A DNA stretch of 54,743 nucleotides from an uncultured Clostridia bacterium (GCA_964454195.1 CAYVRD010000001.1:1-54743), one strand, 5' to 3'; positions 27,761 through 36,603 are shown, counted from the stretch's first letter. The notes: generated by a model not told the origin, from the sequence alone. A program made the numbers and translations.

Positions 27761-28528
27761 ATGCTGGGACTAATAGTAAATGCTGATGACTTAGGCTATT
27801 GCCCTGGGGTAAACAAAGGAATAGCTCTTGGATTCCAAAAGGGAATTGTAACTAGCACTACCTTGCTAGTAAACCGCATAGGAAGTAATGAGGCGATAGG
27901 GAGGATAAAGAGCGGACAGATACCAGCAGTTGGCTTGCATTTATGTTTAACCAGTAGTATGCCCATAAGCCCTAAAGAAAAAATTCCCAGCTTAGTTGAT
28001 CAAAGGGGCTATTTTAAAACAAGAGAATGGATAGTAAGCAGCCAGCTACCAGTAGGGGAAATAAGCCTAGAGCTAAAAAGCCAAATAGAGCAGGTGCTAA
28101 GCCAAAGCATTTCCATATCCCATCTTGACTGTCATCATCACATCTTTGAAAACCAGCAGGTGCTGGAGGCAGTGGCCAAGCTAGCCCTTGAATACAAGCT
28201 GCCGGTGCGTTCAATTAGCCAGGAAATGGGGCAATACTTGAGAGAGCGATGTATTGCCACCCCTGATTATTTTATCGGCTCCTTCTACGGGCAAAGGGCT
28301 ACTCAGGAGCACCTGCTGGCAGAGCTGGATAAGGCAAAAGGCCAGCTAAAGGGCTCTGGTATAGTGGAGCTGATGGTGCATCCTGGAATAGTGGATCACT
28401 ATTTACTAGCCAACAGCAGCTACACTGGGGAGCGCCAGCAGGAGCTGGAGCTGTTGACCAGTGAAAGCATCAAAAGCTCTATCCTGGATAGGGGCTTTCA
28501 GCTGACAAATTTTTTAATTTATAAATAG
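27761..28528 (+). CDS. ChbG/HpnK (YdjC-like) family carbohydrate deacetylase
   Basis: MLGLIVNADDLGY...HLDCHHH signature. I take the start at ATG 27761. Confidence 0.8.
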   Translation: MLGLIVNADDLGYCPGVNKGIALGFQKGIVTSTTLLVNRIGSNEAIGRIKSGQIPAVGLHLCLTSSMPISPKEKIPSLVDQRGYFKTREWIVSSQLPVGEISLELKSQIEQVLSQSISISHLDCHHHIFENQQVLEAVAKLALEYKLPVRSISQEMGQYLRERCIATPDYFIGSFYGQRATQEHLLAELDKAKGQLKGSGIVELMVHPGIVDHYLLANSSYTGERQQELELLTSESIKSSILDRGFQLTNFLIYK

Positions 28529-28543
28529 CAAGGAGATAATCCC

Positions 28544-29728
28544 ATGGACTCCCAGCTCAAGGAACCCCTTTGGACAAAAAATTTTGTGCTGATAACGGTG
28601 GTAAATTTTATTCTCTTCGTCAGCTTTCAAATGCTTCTTCCCACCCTGCCTATCTATGCCGAGAGCTTGGGAGGCGATGAGCTGGTGGTGGGGCTGATTA
28701 TAGGTATTTTTACCGCATCAGCAGTACTAATTAGACCCTACGCCGGCCTTCTGATGGATAGAAAGGGTCGCCGAGGAGTATTAACTATTGGTCTAATCAT
28801 TTTTGTTATATCTGTATTACTCTACAAATATACCTATAGCGTGGCCTTGCTGTTAGGCTTGCGTATCATTCACGGCATTGGGTGGGGTGCAGCTACCACT
28901 GCATCGGGCACAGTGGCAGCAGATGTGATACCACCTAAGCGCAGAGGTGAGGGATTAGGCTTTTACGGGATGTCTGCCAGCTTCTCTATGGCCTTTGCCC
29001 CTGCCCTAGGTCTACTAATAGTTAAAAAAATTGGATTCAGCTGGCTTTTTATTCTATCTACCATCTTAGCAATCATAGCTCTAGGACTGACTCAGCTCAT
29101 TAAATACCCACCTATCTTAAAAGAAGAAGAGACAATCAAGCCTGCCATATTTGAGAGAAGCTCTTTTCCCACCAGCAGTGTACTATTTTTCCTAACCTTT
29201 ATCTACGGCGGAATAATCACCTTTATCGCTCTGTATGCCAAAAGCGTGGGAATTGAGAATGTGGCCATGTTCTTTACCATCTATGCAGTAGTGCTGTTAA
29301 TCACTAGGCCTATTGCTGGAAGGATATTGGACTCAAGGGGGGCTGATTTGCCTGTTATTACGGGGATTATGCTGGCAATTGCTGGAGTAGTAGTGCTAGG
29401 CTTGGCCCAGTCCATGAACTATTTTATTGTCAGTAGCATTTTGTTAGGCATAGGCTTTGGGGCATCCCAGCCCAGCTTGCAGGCCTTGACCATAATGCTG
29501 GCACCGCCAGAGCGCAGGGGAGCTGCAAATGCTACTTTTTTTTCCGCCTTTGACTTGGGGATTGGAGCTGGGGCCATTCTGTTGGGACTTCTTTCCGGAT
29601 GGGTTGGCTATGGAATGATGTATCTTATTTCTAGTCTAGCAGGAGTAATTGCTATCTTCCTCTATTGGGTGCTACTAGGGGGAAATAAAAAGCATGGAGA
29701 AAAAGGTCGAAATATTGGGGGAAACTAG
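28544..29728 (+). CDS. MFS transporter
   Basis: About 12 TM helices with the MFS loop motif GLLMDRKGRRGVL. Confidence 0.85.
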   Translation: MDSQLKEPLWTKNFVLITVVNFILFVSFQMLLPTLPIYAESLGGDELVVGLIIGIFTASAVLIRPYAGLLMDRKGRRGVLTIGLIIFVISVLLYKYTYSVALLLGLRIIHGIGWGAATTASGTVAADVIPPKRRGEGLGFYGMSASFSMAFAPALGLLIVKKIGFSWLFILSTILAIIALGLTQLIKYPPILKEEETIKPAIFERSSFPTSSVLFFLTFIYGGIITFIALYAKSVGIENVAMFFTIYAVVLLITRPIAGRILDSRGADLPVITGIMLAIAGVVVLGLAQSMNYFIVSSILLGIGFGASQPSLQALTIMLAPPERRGAANATFFSAFDLGIGAGAILLGLLSGWVGYGMMYLISSLAGVIAIFLYWVLLGGNKKHGEKGRNIGGN

Positions 29729-29794
29729 TAACCTCTCCCTATATCTTCCATAATCTATAGTAGAGATGCTATAGCTTAAGGAAGGTGACTAATA

Positions 29795-31072
29795 ATGCTA
29801 ACCAGAGAATTTGATTGGTTAAGAGGCAGTGATAAGCTAGACAAAAGATTGAGAAGAGAGGTTCTCCAAACCTACAGTGAGCTTAGAGGTATTCCCTGCC
29901 TGCTACAAAAGGGTTGGCTTTGGATTACATCAAAGAAAAAAAAGTATCCTGTAATTATCAAATATCAGAAAAATAGAGTAGGTATCCAAGAGCTAGCGGA
30001 CACAATAAGGCAGCTGGGCTGCAATGCAGGCAAAGATATGTCTGAGTTGGATATGCTCACGGCCACGGTCAATATAGATGCTCTAAAAAAGCTAATTGAC
30101 ACTCCCCAGGTGGAGAAAATAAGCTATGATGGTCATGTTCAGGCGCTGTTGGATGTGGCCAGTAGTACAGTAAAAGCGGATTACTTCTGGGAGCAGCAAT
30201 TTACAGGCAAAGGGGTCAAGGTGGCAGTGATTGATACAGGCATCAGTCCTCATGAAGACTTGACTAAGCCAAAAAATAGAATAATAGGCTTTGTAGACTT
30301 GGTAAATAATAGGTCTAATCCCTATGATGACAATGGGCATGGCACCCATGTTGCAGGCTGTATAGCTGGAAACGGACAGCTGTCTAAGGGCAAATATAGG
30401 GCTCCTGCATATAATGCGGAGCTAATAGGTATCAAGGTATTAAATAAAATGGGATCGGGCAGCATGTCTAAGGTTATTGAAGGAATTAATTGGTGCATAA
30501 CAAATCGACAACAGGTTCAGGTCATATGTCTATCCCTGGGTTCACCAGCTGAAAATACAGCGGCAGACGATCCAGTTTGCCTAGCAGTGGGCAGAGCTTG
30601 GGAAAAGGGTATAGTAGTCTGCGCTGCCGCTGGAAACGATGGACCAAAGGAGAGAACTGTAAGCAGCCCTGGGATTGAGCCGAAAATCATTACCGTGGGA
30701 GCAACAGATGACAAGAGAACAGTCCAAAGAAGGGACGATAGTATTGCAGCCTTTTCTAGTAGAGGACCTACCATCGATGGTGGGGTAAAGCCTGATGTGG
30801 TGGCTCCAGGAACAAACATTGTTTCCTTGAGGGTTCCAAATAGTTATGTGGAAAAGCAAATGCAGCAAAGAAGCACTGGGGACCAATGGTATACAGCTAT
30901 GTCTGGAACCTCTATGGCCACACCTATAGTGGTGGGAATAGTAGCTCAGATGCTAGAAAAAAATCCTGACTTAAATCCTGATGAAGTAAAGAAAATAATC
31001 ATGTCTAATGCGGAGGACATGGGTGTGAGTAAATGGCATCAAGGAGCTGGCTCAGTACAAACAGTTAGATAA
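29795..31072 (+). CDS. S8 (subtilisin-like) serine peptidase without an obvious signal peptide
   Basis: Catalytic triad blocks VAVIDTGI (D), HGTHVAG (H) and GTSMATP (S). The ~140-aa N-terminal region is hydrophilic. Confidence 0.85.
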   Translation: MLTREFDWLRGSDKLDKRLRREVLQTYSELRGIPCLLQKGWLWITSKKKKYPVIIKYQKNRVGIQELADTIRQLGCNAGKDMSELDMLTATVNIDALKKLIDTPQVEKISYDGHVQALLDVASSTVKADYFWEQQFTGKGVKVAVIDTGISPHEDLTKPKNRIIGFVDLVNNRSNPYDDNGHGTHVAGCIAGNGQLSKGKYRAPAYNAELIGIKVLNKMGSGSMSKVIEGINWCITNRQQVQVICLSLGSPAENTAADDPVCLAVGRAWEKGIVVCAAAGNDGPKERTVSSPGIEPKIITVGATDDKRTVQRRDDSIAAFSSRGPTIDGGVKPDVVAPGTNIVSLRVPNSYVEKQMQQRSTGDQWYTAMSGTSMATPIVVGIVAQMLEKNPDLNPDEVKKIIMSNAEDMGVSKWHQGAGSVQTVR

Positions 31073-31092
31073 GGCTTTTAAGAGGTGAACTT

Positions 31093-32832
31093 ATGAAGGT
31101 ATTATTGACCACACTGAACACAAAGTATATTCATACCTCTCTCGCTTTGCGATATCTAGAGGCCAGCTGTCAAAAACTGGTCTCTTTCAAAGCTGGGTCC
31201 TTAGGGGTTGTTAGGCAAGAATACACAATTAATGCGGATTTGGATAATGTTCTAGGTGCTATCTATAGCGAAGCAGCCCAAGTAGCTGCTTTCTCCTGTT
31301 ATATCTGGAACATAAAACAGATACTGACTTTGACTGCCAATCTAAAAAAAGTCGCCCCAGATACCATTGTGTTGCTTGGAGGGCCAGAGGTAAGCTATGC
31401 TCCTGAGGAAGTGATGCAACAAAATCCCTGGATTGACATAGTTATCACTGGTGAAGGAGAGGAAAGCCTGCCAGCTGTGCTAGAATCTCTGCTCAATGAG
31501 AAAAAAATATTTGAGGATATCGCAGGAGTTTGGTGGAGGGATAAAGAAAGGGTAAGACCAGCTATAGAATCCTGCCCTAAGCCAGCTTCCCCAGAGCGGA
31601 TTACCAGTCCATATCAGGGGGAGCTCACTGAATTTTCCCAGCAGATTGCCTATTTGGAGACCTCGCGAGGCTGTCCCTACAGCTGTACCTACTGCTTGTC
31701 TTCTAGCACTAAGGGCGTTAGGCACCTGCCTCTTGAGCAGATTAAGCAGGATATAAAAAAGCTGATAGGGGCAGGGGCCAAACAAATAAAATTTGTAGAC
31801 AGAACCTTTAACGCCAATAAGCATCGGGCAATTACCTTGTGGAAATTTTTGCTAGAGGAAACTGGAGATGCTAAAATCAACTATCATTTTGAAATAAGTG
31901 CCAGTCTTTTAGATCAGGACACCATTCATTTTTTATCCCAGGTACCCTCAGGTCTATTTCAGTTTGAAATAGGTATTCAGTCTGCTAATCCAGAAACCTT
32001 ACAGTCTATAAACCGACAGATGAGCTGGGAGAAGCTCAGGGATAATGTAATAGGATTAAGACAAAATAACAACATCCACTTGCACTTAGATTTAATTGCC
32101 GGCTTGCCCTTTGAAGATTATACTAGCTTCTTAAACTCTTTAAATCAGGTCCTTGAGCTTAAGCCCCACTATTTACAATTAGGGTTTCTTAAGCTTCTGA
32201 AGGGCACCAGGATAAGAGAAGACTGGGAGGAGCACGGCTATGTCTTCACAGCAGAGCCACCTTATCAGGTGCTGAGCAATAAATACATAACCTATCAGCA
32301 GCTATTAAGCTTAAAGAATATTGAGGAGCTAATAGACAAGCTCTATAACTCTCAACAGTTCTACTATACAATCAATTATTTACTAAAAAGCTACCCGGCT
32401 AAGTATCAGCTTTTTGCTGATTTAGCAAACTATTTTAACAAGCTTGGAAAAAAGATAGGACAAATAAAGCAGAAGGAGCTATATGAGACATTGCTTTCCT
32501 TTTATCAAGACAATTGGGGGGAAACTAAAGAAGAAGTAGCAGAGCTGTTGACCATAGATTTATTAAGACAGCAAAGACTTACCCAATTGCCCGATTGGTC
32601 TATTGTAAATAATAAGCAGAGGATAATCCTACAGCAGGTGTATCAATATTTAAGCAATCAGCGTCAACTGGTTAAGCAGTTAGCCTACTATCCGATTAGT
32701 CAAGAAACCTATTTAGAGATATTTGGGGAAGAGACATATTGTTATCCAATAGTGTTACTATTTGACTACAGAGCAGAACCTGACCCAATAATAGGTGGGG
32801 CATATTTTTCAAAAATAGTGTTAGAAGGGTGA
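31093..32832 (+). CDS. B12-binding-domain radical SAM protein (DUF4080-type C-terminus)
   Basis: N-terminal KVLLTTLNTKYIHTSLALRYL with the radical SAM motif ETSRGCPYSCTYC. Confidence 0.85.
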   Translation: MKVLLTTLNTKYIHTSLALRYLEASCQKLVSFKAGSLGVVRQEYTINADLDNVLGAIYSEAAQVAAFSCYIWNIKQILTLTANLKKVAPDTIVLLGGPEVSYAPEEVMQQNPWIDIVITGEGEESLPAVLESLLNEKKIFEDIAGVWWRDKERVRPAIESCPKPASPERITSPYQGELTEFSQQIAYLETSRGCPYSCTYCLSSSTKGVRHLPLEQIKQDIKKLIGAGAKQIKFVDRTFNANKHRAITLWKFLLEETGDAKINYHFEISASLLDQDTIHFLSQVPSGLFQFEIGIQSANPETLQSINRQMSWEKLRDNVIGLRQNNNIHLHLDLIAGLPFEDYTSFLNSLNQVLELKPHYLQLGFLKLLKGTRIREDWEEHGYVFTAEPPYQVLSNKYITYQQLLSLKNIEELIDKLYNSQQFYYTINYLLKSYPAKYQLFADLANYFNKLGKKIGQIKQKELYETLLSFYQDNWGETKEEVAELLTIDLLRQQRLTQLPDWSIVNNKQRIILQQVYQYLSNQRQLVKQLAYYPISQETYLEIFGEETYCYPIVLLFDYRAEPDPIIGGAYFSKIVLEG

Positions 32833-32838
32833 GGATAG

Positions 32839-33315
32839 ATGATCGAAGATATTATAAACAATTTTCCATTAATGGCAGCTCTGGCCGCAGTGATTACAGC
32901 TCAAGTAATTAAACTCCCAATCCACTATATGACTGATGGCGAATTGGACTTTTCTCGATTGTTTGGCACGGATGGCATGCCTAGTAGCCACTCAGCCTTT
33001 GTAGTATCCTTGGTCACAGCCCTGATATTGGATTACGGTTGGTCCCACCCATTAGTAGCTATTGCTGTGGTTTTTGGCTTTATAGTTATGTATGACGCTG
33101 CGGGAGTTCGCAGAGAATCGGGTAAGCAAGCTACTATGATTAATGCCCTAATGCAGGATATGCAGTTTGTCTCTAAAGAGATTCAAGGAATTTTTGGTGA
33201 CCCTGAGCATCGTCGGGAAAATTTAAAAGAGCTGTTGGGTCATGAGCCAATCGAAATAGTAGCAGGAGCTATTTTGGGCATAGGTGTGGCACTACTTTTA
33301 GTTCGTCTTTATTAA
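32839..33315 (+). CDS. Divergent PAP2 family membrane protein (YuiD-like)
   Basis: GMPSSHSAFV and YDAAGVRR motifs with about 4 TM helices. Confidence 0.8.
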   Translation: MIEDIINNFPLMAALAAVITAQVIKLPIHYMTDGELDFSRLFGTDGMPSSHSAFVVSLVTALILDYGWSHPLVAIAVVFGFIVMYDAAGVRRESGKQATMINALMQDMQFVSKEIQGIFGDPEHRRENLKELLGHEPIEIVAGAILGIGVALLLVRLY

Positions 33316-33342
33316 ATGGCTTTGGAAAGAGGGAGATACTAG

Positions 33343-34242
33343 GTGAGGTATGCAAAATTAATTTATAATCCGGTGGCGGGGGATGGTGCTTTTAAAGGGA
33401 AACTGGATATGATATGCGAAAAAATGCAGAAGATAGACTGGCAAATAATTCCCTACCGCACCGCTAGTAGTTATGACGTAAAAAATGGTCTAGCAGACTT
33501 GAATACAGGAAGATACCAGGCAGTTTTTGCAGTAGGTGGAGATGGAACAATTAACCTGGTGATTAATGAAATGATGCAGCAAGGATCCCAGCTTCCCTTG
33601 GCTGTATATCCTGGGGGAACTGCCAATGATTTGGCTACTCATCTGGGGATGCCTAAAGACTTGGAAAGCTGGTGTGGGATAATAGAGCAGGGACATACTA
33701 GAGCTATTGATTTGGGGGTGGCCAATGGCTTGTATTTTCACAATGTCATTAGTGCCGGATTGCTCACCGATGTTTCATACGAGGTTAACTATCAGCTTAA
33801 AAATCTCCTAGGTAAGGCTGCCTATTATATTAAGGGCATAGAGAAAATCCCCAAGTTTAGATCCTTTAAACTAGAATTACAAGCAATTGAAGGATTAAGC
33901 TATTCGGGAGAAATCATGCTTTGTCTGATTATGAATGGCAATTCAGCAGGAGGATTTCATCAGCTGGCTCCAGCAGCAGATAGCAACGATGGTTTACTAG
34001 ATCTGATTCTGGTAAAAAGCTGTACATTGCGGGAGTTTATCAGCCTGTTTTTTAGACTGATGCAGGGAGAGCATTTAGAAAGTGACAAGGTGCTTTACTA
34101 TCAATCTGCCGGAGTGCAAATCAGCTGTAGTGAGCCTTTGATAACTGATATGGATGGAGAAAAAGGACCTGCTTTTCCATTGCAGGTAAGCTTGGCTAGA
34201 AGTGCGCTAAAGCTTTTCTATGATTCAAAGGATAACAAATAA
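33343..34242 (+). CDS. Diacylglycerol-kinase-family lipid kinase (YegS/BmrU-like)
   Basis: KLIYNPVAGDG and GGDGTIN motifs. GTG start after AGAGGGAG. Confidence 0.85.
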   Translation: MRYAKLIYNPVAGDGAFKGKLDMICEKMQKIDWQIIPYRTASSYDVKNGLADLNTGRYQAVFAVGGDGTINLVINEMMQQGSQLPLAVYPGGTANDLATHLGMPKDLESWCGIIEQGHTRAIDLGVANGLYFHNVISAGLLTDVSYEVNYQLKNLLGKAAYYIKGIEKIPKFRSFKLELQAIEGLSYSGEIMLCLIMNGNSAGGFHQLAPAADSNDGLLDLILVKSCTLREFISLFFRLMQGEHLESDKVLYYQSAGVQISCSEPLITDMDGEKGPAFPLQVSLARSALKLFYDSKDNK

Positions 34243-34274
34243 GAACAAATTAGAATAAATAAGATTTCCATATT

Positions 34275-34306
34275 AGCAGCTAGATTTAAGATCTAGCTGC
34301 TTTTTT
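34275..34306 (+). terminator. Intrinsic terminator
   Basis: An 11-bp stem AGCAGCTAGAT / ATCTAGCTGCT followed by T6. Confidence 0.8.
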
Positions 34307-34397
34307 ATGTGTTGGCAAAATCTACTTGAGTAATATCTATTAAAACAGGTAAAAATGAATATTACAAAACATAATGGAGGCTGGAAGGGAGTTAGTT

Positions 34398-34898
34398 ATG
34401 AAATACAAGGTCACTGGAATTGTAGCGGTTATAGGACTTTTAATTTTATCAGCTGCAGCAATTCAATTAACCTCAAGACCTAGCTTTTGCGCCTCCTGTC
34501 ACTCCATTGCACCGTTAGTAGCCTCATGGGAGCAATCCTCTCATCAACATGTAAGCTGCTTATCCTGTCACGCAGATCCTGGAGTAGTAGGACTAGTAAA
34601 GCGAAAGGTATATGGTTTACATGAGCTCTACGTTCATGTCACCAATCCTGATGCTGTACCTATGGCATCTGCTGATACCTGGGGATTTTCACAAAGATGC
34701 CTAGACTGTCATCAAAACGTAAGGCCAGATCATGAAAACCAAGTAGCTGCTTTATCTCATAACAGACGCCATTTTGAGATAGAAATGGCTTGCGTTAATT
34801 GCCATCAAGGAATTGGTCATTACCAGGAGCAACGCGATCCCACACCTTCTGGAGAGGTATGTATTCAATGTCACGGTACAAATTTTAATATCCAATAA
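34398..34898 (+). CDS. Membrane-anchored multihaem cytochrome c, NapC/NirT/NrfH-like, with five CxxCH motifs
   Basis: N-terminal TM helix followed by CASCH, CLSCH, CLDCH, CVNCH and CIQCH. ATG 34398 follows GGAAGGGAG. Confidence 0.8.
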   Translation: MKYKVTGIVAVIGLLILSAAAIQLTSRPSFCASCHSIAPLVASWEQSSHQHVSCLSCHADPGVVGLVKRKVYGLHELYVHVTNPDAVPMASADTWGFSQRCLDCHQNVRPDHENQVAALSHNRRHFEIEMACVNCHQGIGHYQEQRDPTPSGEVCIQCHGTNFNIQ

Positions 34899-34923
34899 AC
34901 ATCTTTAATATCCAATAAACATC
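34884..34923 (+). repeat. Perfect 20-bp tandem duplication (TTTAATATCCAATAAACATC x2) spanning the cytochrome stop codon
   Basis: Read directly: 34884-34903 is identical to 34904-34923. Confidence 0.9.
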
Positions 34924-34941
34924 AAAGAAAGGGGAAGTACC

Positions 34942-35922
34942 ATGTTTAACTACAAAAAGCATAATTTGAAAATCAAACTGTTAATTTTTTCTCTAGCAAC
35001 AATTTTTGCCTTGACTATGGCTGGATGTCCTGCAAGGAAGCCAGCACCACCAGCAGAGACTCCACCACCCCAAACTGTAGTAGTACCAGAGGTATCTAGA
35101 ATTTTCTTTACCGAGGTAGCTTTAAATGAGGGACCCCAGATGGCCCGTCAGTTAGTGGAAAACAATCAAGGTGGCGAAATGACTGTATGGTTTGAATCCG
35201 ATGACCAGTTTTGGGTGCTAGTTCAGTCTGCTCAGGATAGCGACGAGATATTGGCTATTGAAGAAGTACTACAAAGAGTACCCGGTCGCGATACTGTGCT
35301 ATTAGAAGTTCGCCTAACCGAAGAAGCCCGCCCCCAGGAAGAACAACAGGCAGGGGAGGAACAAGACACAGCTGAAGAACAGCAGGAAGAAGCTCAAGAT
35401 GGCCAACAACAGACAGCTACAGCAGCTGATGCCATGCTGATACGCTTAGATATAAATCAACGTCCCCATGGAATCGCCTTTCTATTTGATTCTGAGCTAG
35501 AAGAAGAGCTGGAAGAGGAAGCTAATGGGCAGATTCAAGAGCAGCCTGCACCCCAGGCCCAACAGCCGCCAGCCCAGCAGCAGCCTGCACCCCAGGCTCA
35601 GCAGCCTCCAGCTCAGCAACAGGAGAACTTTATACAGGTGCAGGAGCCAAGACCAAATGGAGAAGTTACCTCACCAGTCCAGGTGGTAGGAAGAGCTCGG
35701 GTGCCAGGTGCCACAGTTCATGTAAGAATGAAAAATAATCAAGGAGAAGTGATTGCAGAAAGCAGCACTACTGCCACTGCTGCTGCGCCTCAAATTGGTA
35801 ACTTTAGTGCTACACTATCCTATTCGCCCCCGGGAGAAAATCAGCAAGGAACCTTAGAGGTTTTTTCCAATGGGAGAAATGGTGAAGAGAATATGGTGGC
35901 GGTGCCAGTGGTGATTAGATAA
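34942..35922 (+). CDS. Lipoprotein with a Q/E/P-rich disordered linker and a C-terminal Gmad2-type Ig-like domain
   Basis: Lipobox LTMAGC. The low-complexity linker contains QPAPQAQQPPAQQ x2. The C-terminal ~100 aa (VTSPVQVVGRARVPGATVHVRM...GTLEVFS) resemble Gmad2 domains. Confidence 0.7.
   Translation: MFNYKKHNLKIKLLIFSLATIFALTMAGCPARKPAPPAETPPPQTVVVPEVSRIFFTEVALNEGPQMARQLVENNQGGEMTVWFESDDQFWVLVQSAQDSDEILAIEEVLQRVPGRDTVLLEVRLTEEARPQEEQQAGEEQDTAEEQQEEAQDGQQQTATAADAMLIRLDINQRPHGIAFLFDSELEEELEEEANGQIQEQPAPQAQQPPAQQQPAPQAQQPPAQQQENFIQVQEPRPNGEVTSPVQVVGRARVPGATVHVRMKNNQGEVIAESSTTATAAAPQIGNFSATLSYSPPGENQQGTLEVFSNGRNGEENMVAVPVVIR
35542..35619 (+). repeat. 39-bp tandem repeat x2 (in frame, encoding QPAPQAQQPPAQQ)
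   Basis: 35542-35580 versus 35581-35619, with a few synonymous differences. Confidence 0.9.
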
Positions 35923-35935
35923 GCTTCCGAATAGT

Positions 35936-35963
35936 AAAAAGAAGGCCAACAAGCCTTCTTTTT
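35936..35963 (+). terminator. Intrinsic terminator
   Basis: AAAAAGAAGGC-caacaa-GCCTTCTTTTT. Confidence 0.8.
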
Positions 35964-36077
35964 ACTATGTAAAAGTGAAATTATTATTTAAATAGACTGC
36001 AGGAATTTTGCAGGTTATGTAGTAATAGATATTTATAGATAGAGAAAAAATAATAATAAAATATTCGGATGATTGTT

Positions 36078-36266
36078 GCGGGAGAAGGCATTAGCCTACC
36101 GGCGGGGCAAAAAAACAGTTTGCCAGACTGTTTTTGAAACTCTCAGGTGCTCAGTAATTGGGCGGTACCGTAACAGGACGAACCTCTGGAGAGAGCGTTT
36201 TACGCCGCCGAAGGAGCAACCCCGAAGTTTTTTTCGGGCTAATCTCTCAGGTGCCAAGGACAGGGG
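36078..36266 (+). promoter_or_regulatory. Glycine riboswitch (canonical 3' aptamer plus a divergent 5' aptamer)
   Basis: 3' aptamer: P1 CCTCTG 36183-36188 / CAGGGG 36261-36266, GGAGAG 36188-36193, GCCGAAGGAGCAA 36207-36219, CTCTCAGGTGCCAAGGACAG 36244-36263. 5' aptamer: CGGGAGAA 36079-36086, CCGGCGGGGCAA 36099-36110, CTCTCAGGTGC 36140-36150 ... AGGAC 36175-36179, with a ~24-nt insertion. Confidence 0.75.
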
Positions 36267-36282
36267 GAAAGGAGCGGATAAC

Positions 36283-36414
36283 ATGGAAAAGCTTCAGGTG
36301 AAGGTGTGCTTATTTGGCCGTTGCTATGCGGATGACAGCATGGCAAAACAGGTGCTTTGTGAAAACTGCGCATCTACTGATTGTGTTTTACATGAAAACA
36401 GCAGTTTAAGCTAA
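36283..36414 (+). CDS. 43-aa Cys-rich mini-protein directly downstream of the glycine riboswitch
   Basis: AAGGAG (36269-36274) lies 8 nt before ATG 36283. The product is MEKLQVKVCLFGRCYADDSMAKQVLCENCASTDCVLHENSSLS (5 Cys). A strong terminator follows. The 5' part of track ORF 36073..36414 is riboswitch, not coding. Confidence 0.5.
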   Translation: MEKLQVKVCLFGRCYADDSMAKQVLCENCASTDCVLHENSSLS

Positions 36415-36446
36415 ATAGGCACCTTGAAAAAATTCAAAATAAAGCT

Positions 36447-36484
36447 AATCCCTCAGTGTTATATATTTCTGAGGGATTTTTTTG
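36447..36484 (+). terminator. Intrinsic terminator closing the riboswitch/mini-ORF unit
   Basis: AATCCCTCAG / CTGAGGGATT 10-bp stem followed by T-rich TTTTTTTG. Confidence 0.8.
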
Positions 36485-36603
36485 CTCCTTTGAGCCCCTT
36501 CTTGTTAGTTGCAGCTATTGCTTCAATGGGAGATTCGGTTGGAAGGAAAATGCAAGATCCTACAGAATACTACTAATTATATTATGTTCTGGAGGTTTAA
36601 CTT

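Noticed and set aside
29795-32832. S8 protease plus B12/radical-SAM protein considered as a RiPP or natural-product cluster
   Set aside because: I could find no small precursor-like ORF, cyclase, leader-recognition protein or dedicated exporter adjacent. DUF4080-type radical SAM genes are widespread housekeeping-like genes in Clostridia. The linkage is probably coincidental, and an intracellular or sporulation-type subtilisin is equally plausible.
34884-35619. Tandem repeats considered as a possible CRISPR or mini-array
   Set aside because: There are only two copies each, directly adjacent with no spacers. One spans a stop codon and the other is in-frame coding. No cas genes are present in the window.
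36073-36284. The 5' two-thirds of track ORF 36073..36414 (+) and ORF 36096..36284 (-)
   Set aside because: This stretch is the glycine riboswitch. The plus ORF starts at a TTG with no RBS. Only the last 43 codons (ATG 36283, with AAGGAG 8 nt upstream) look translatable.
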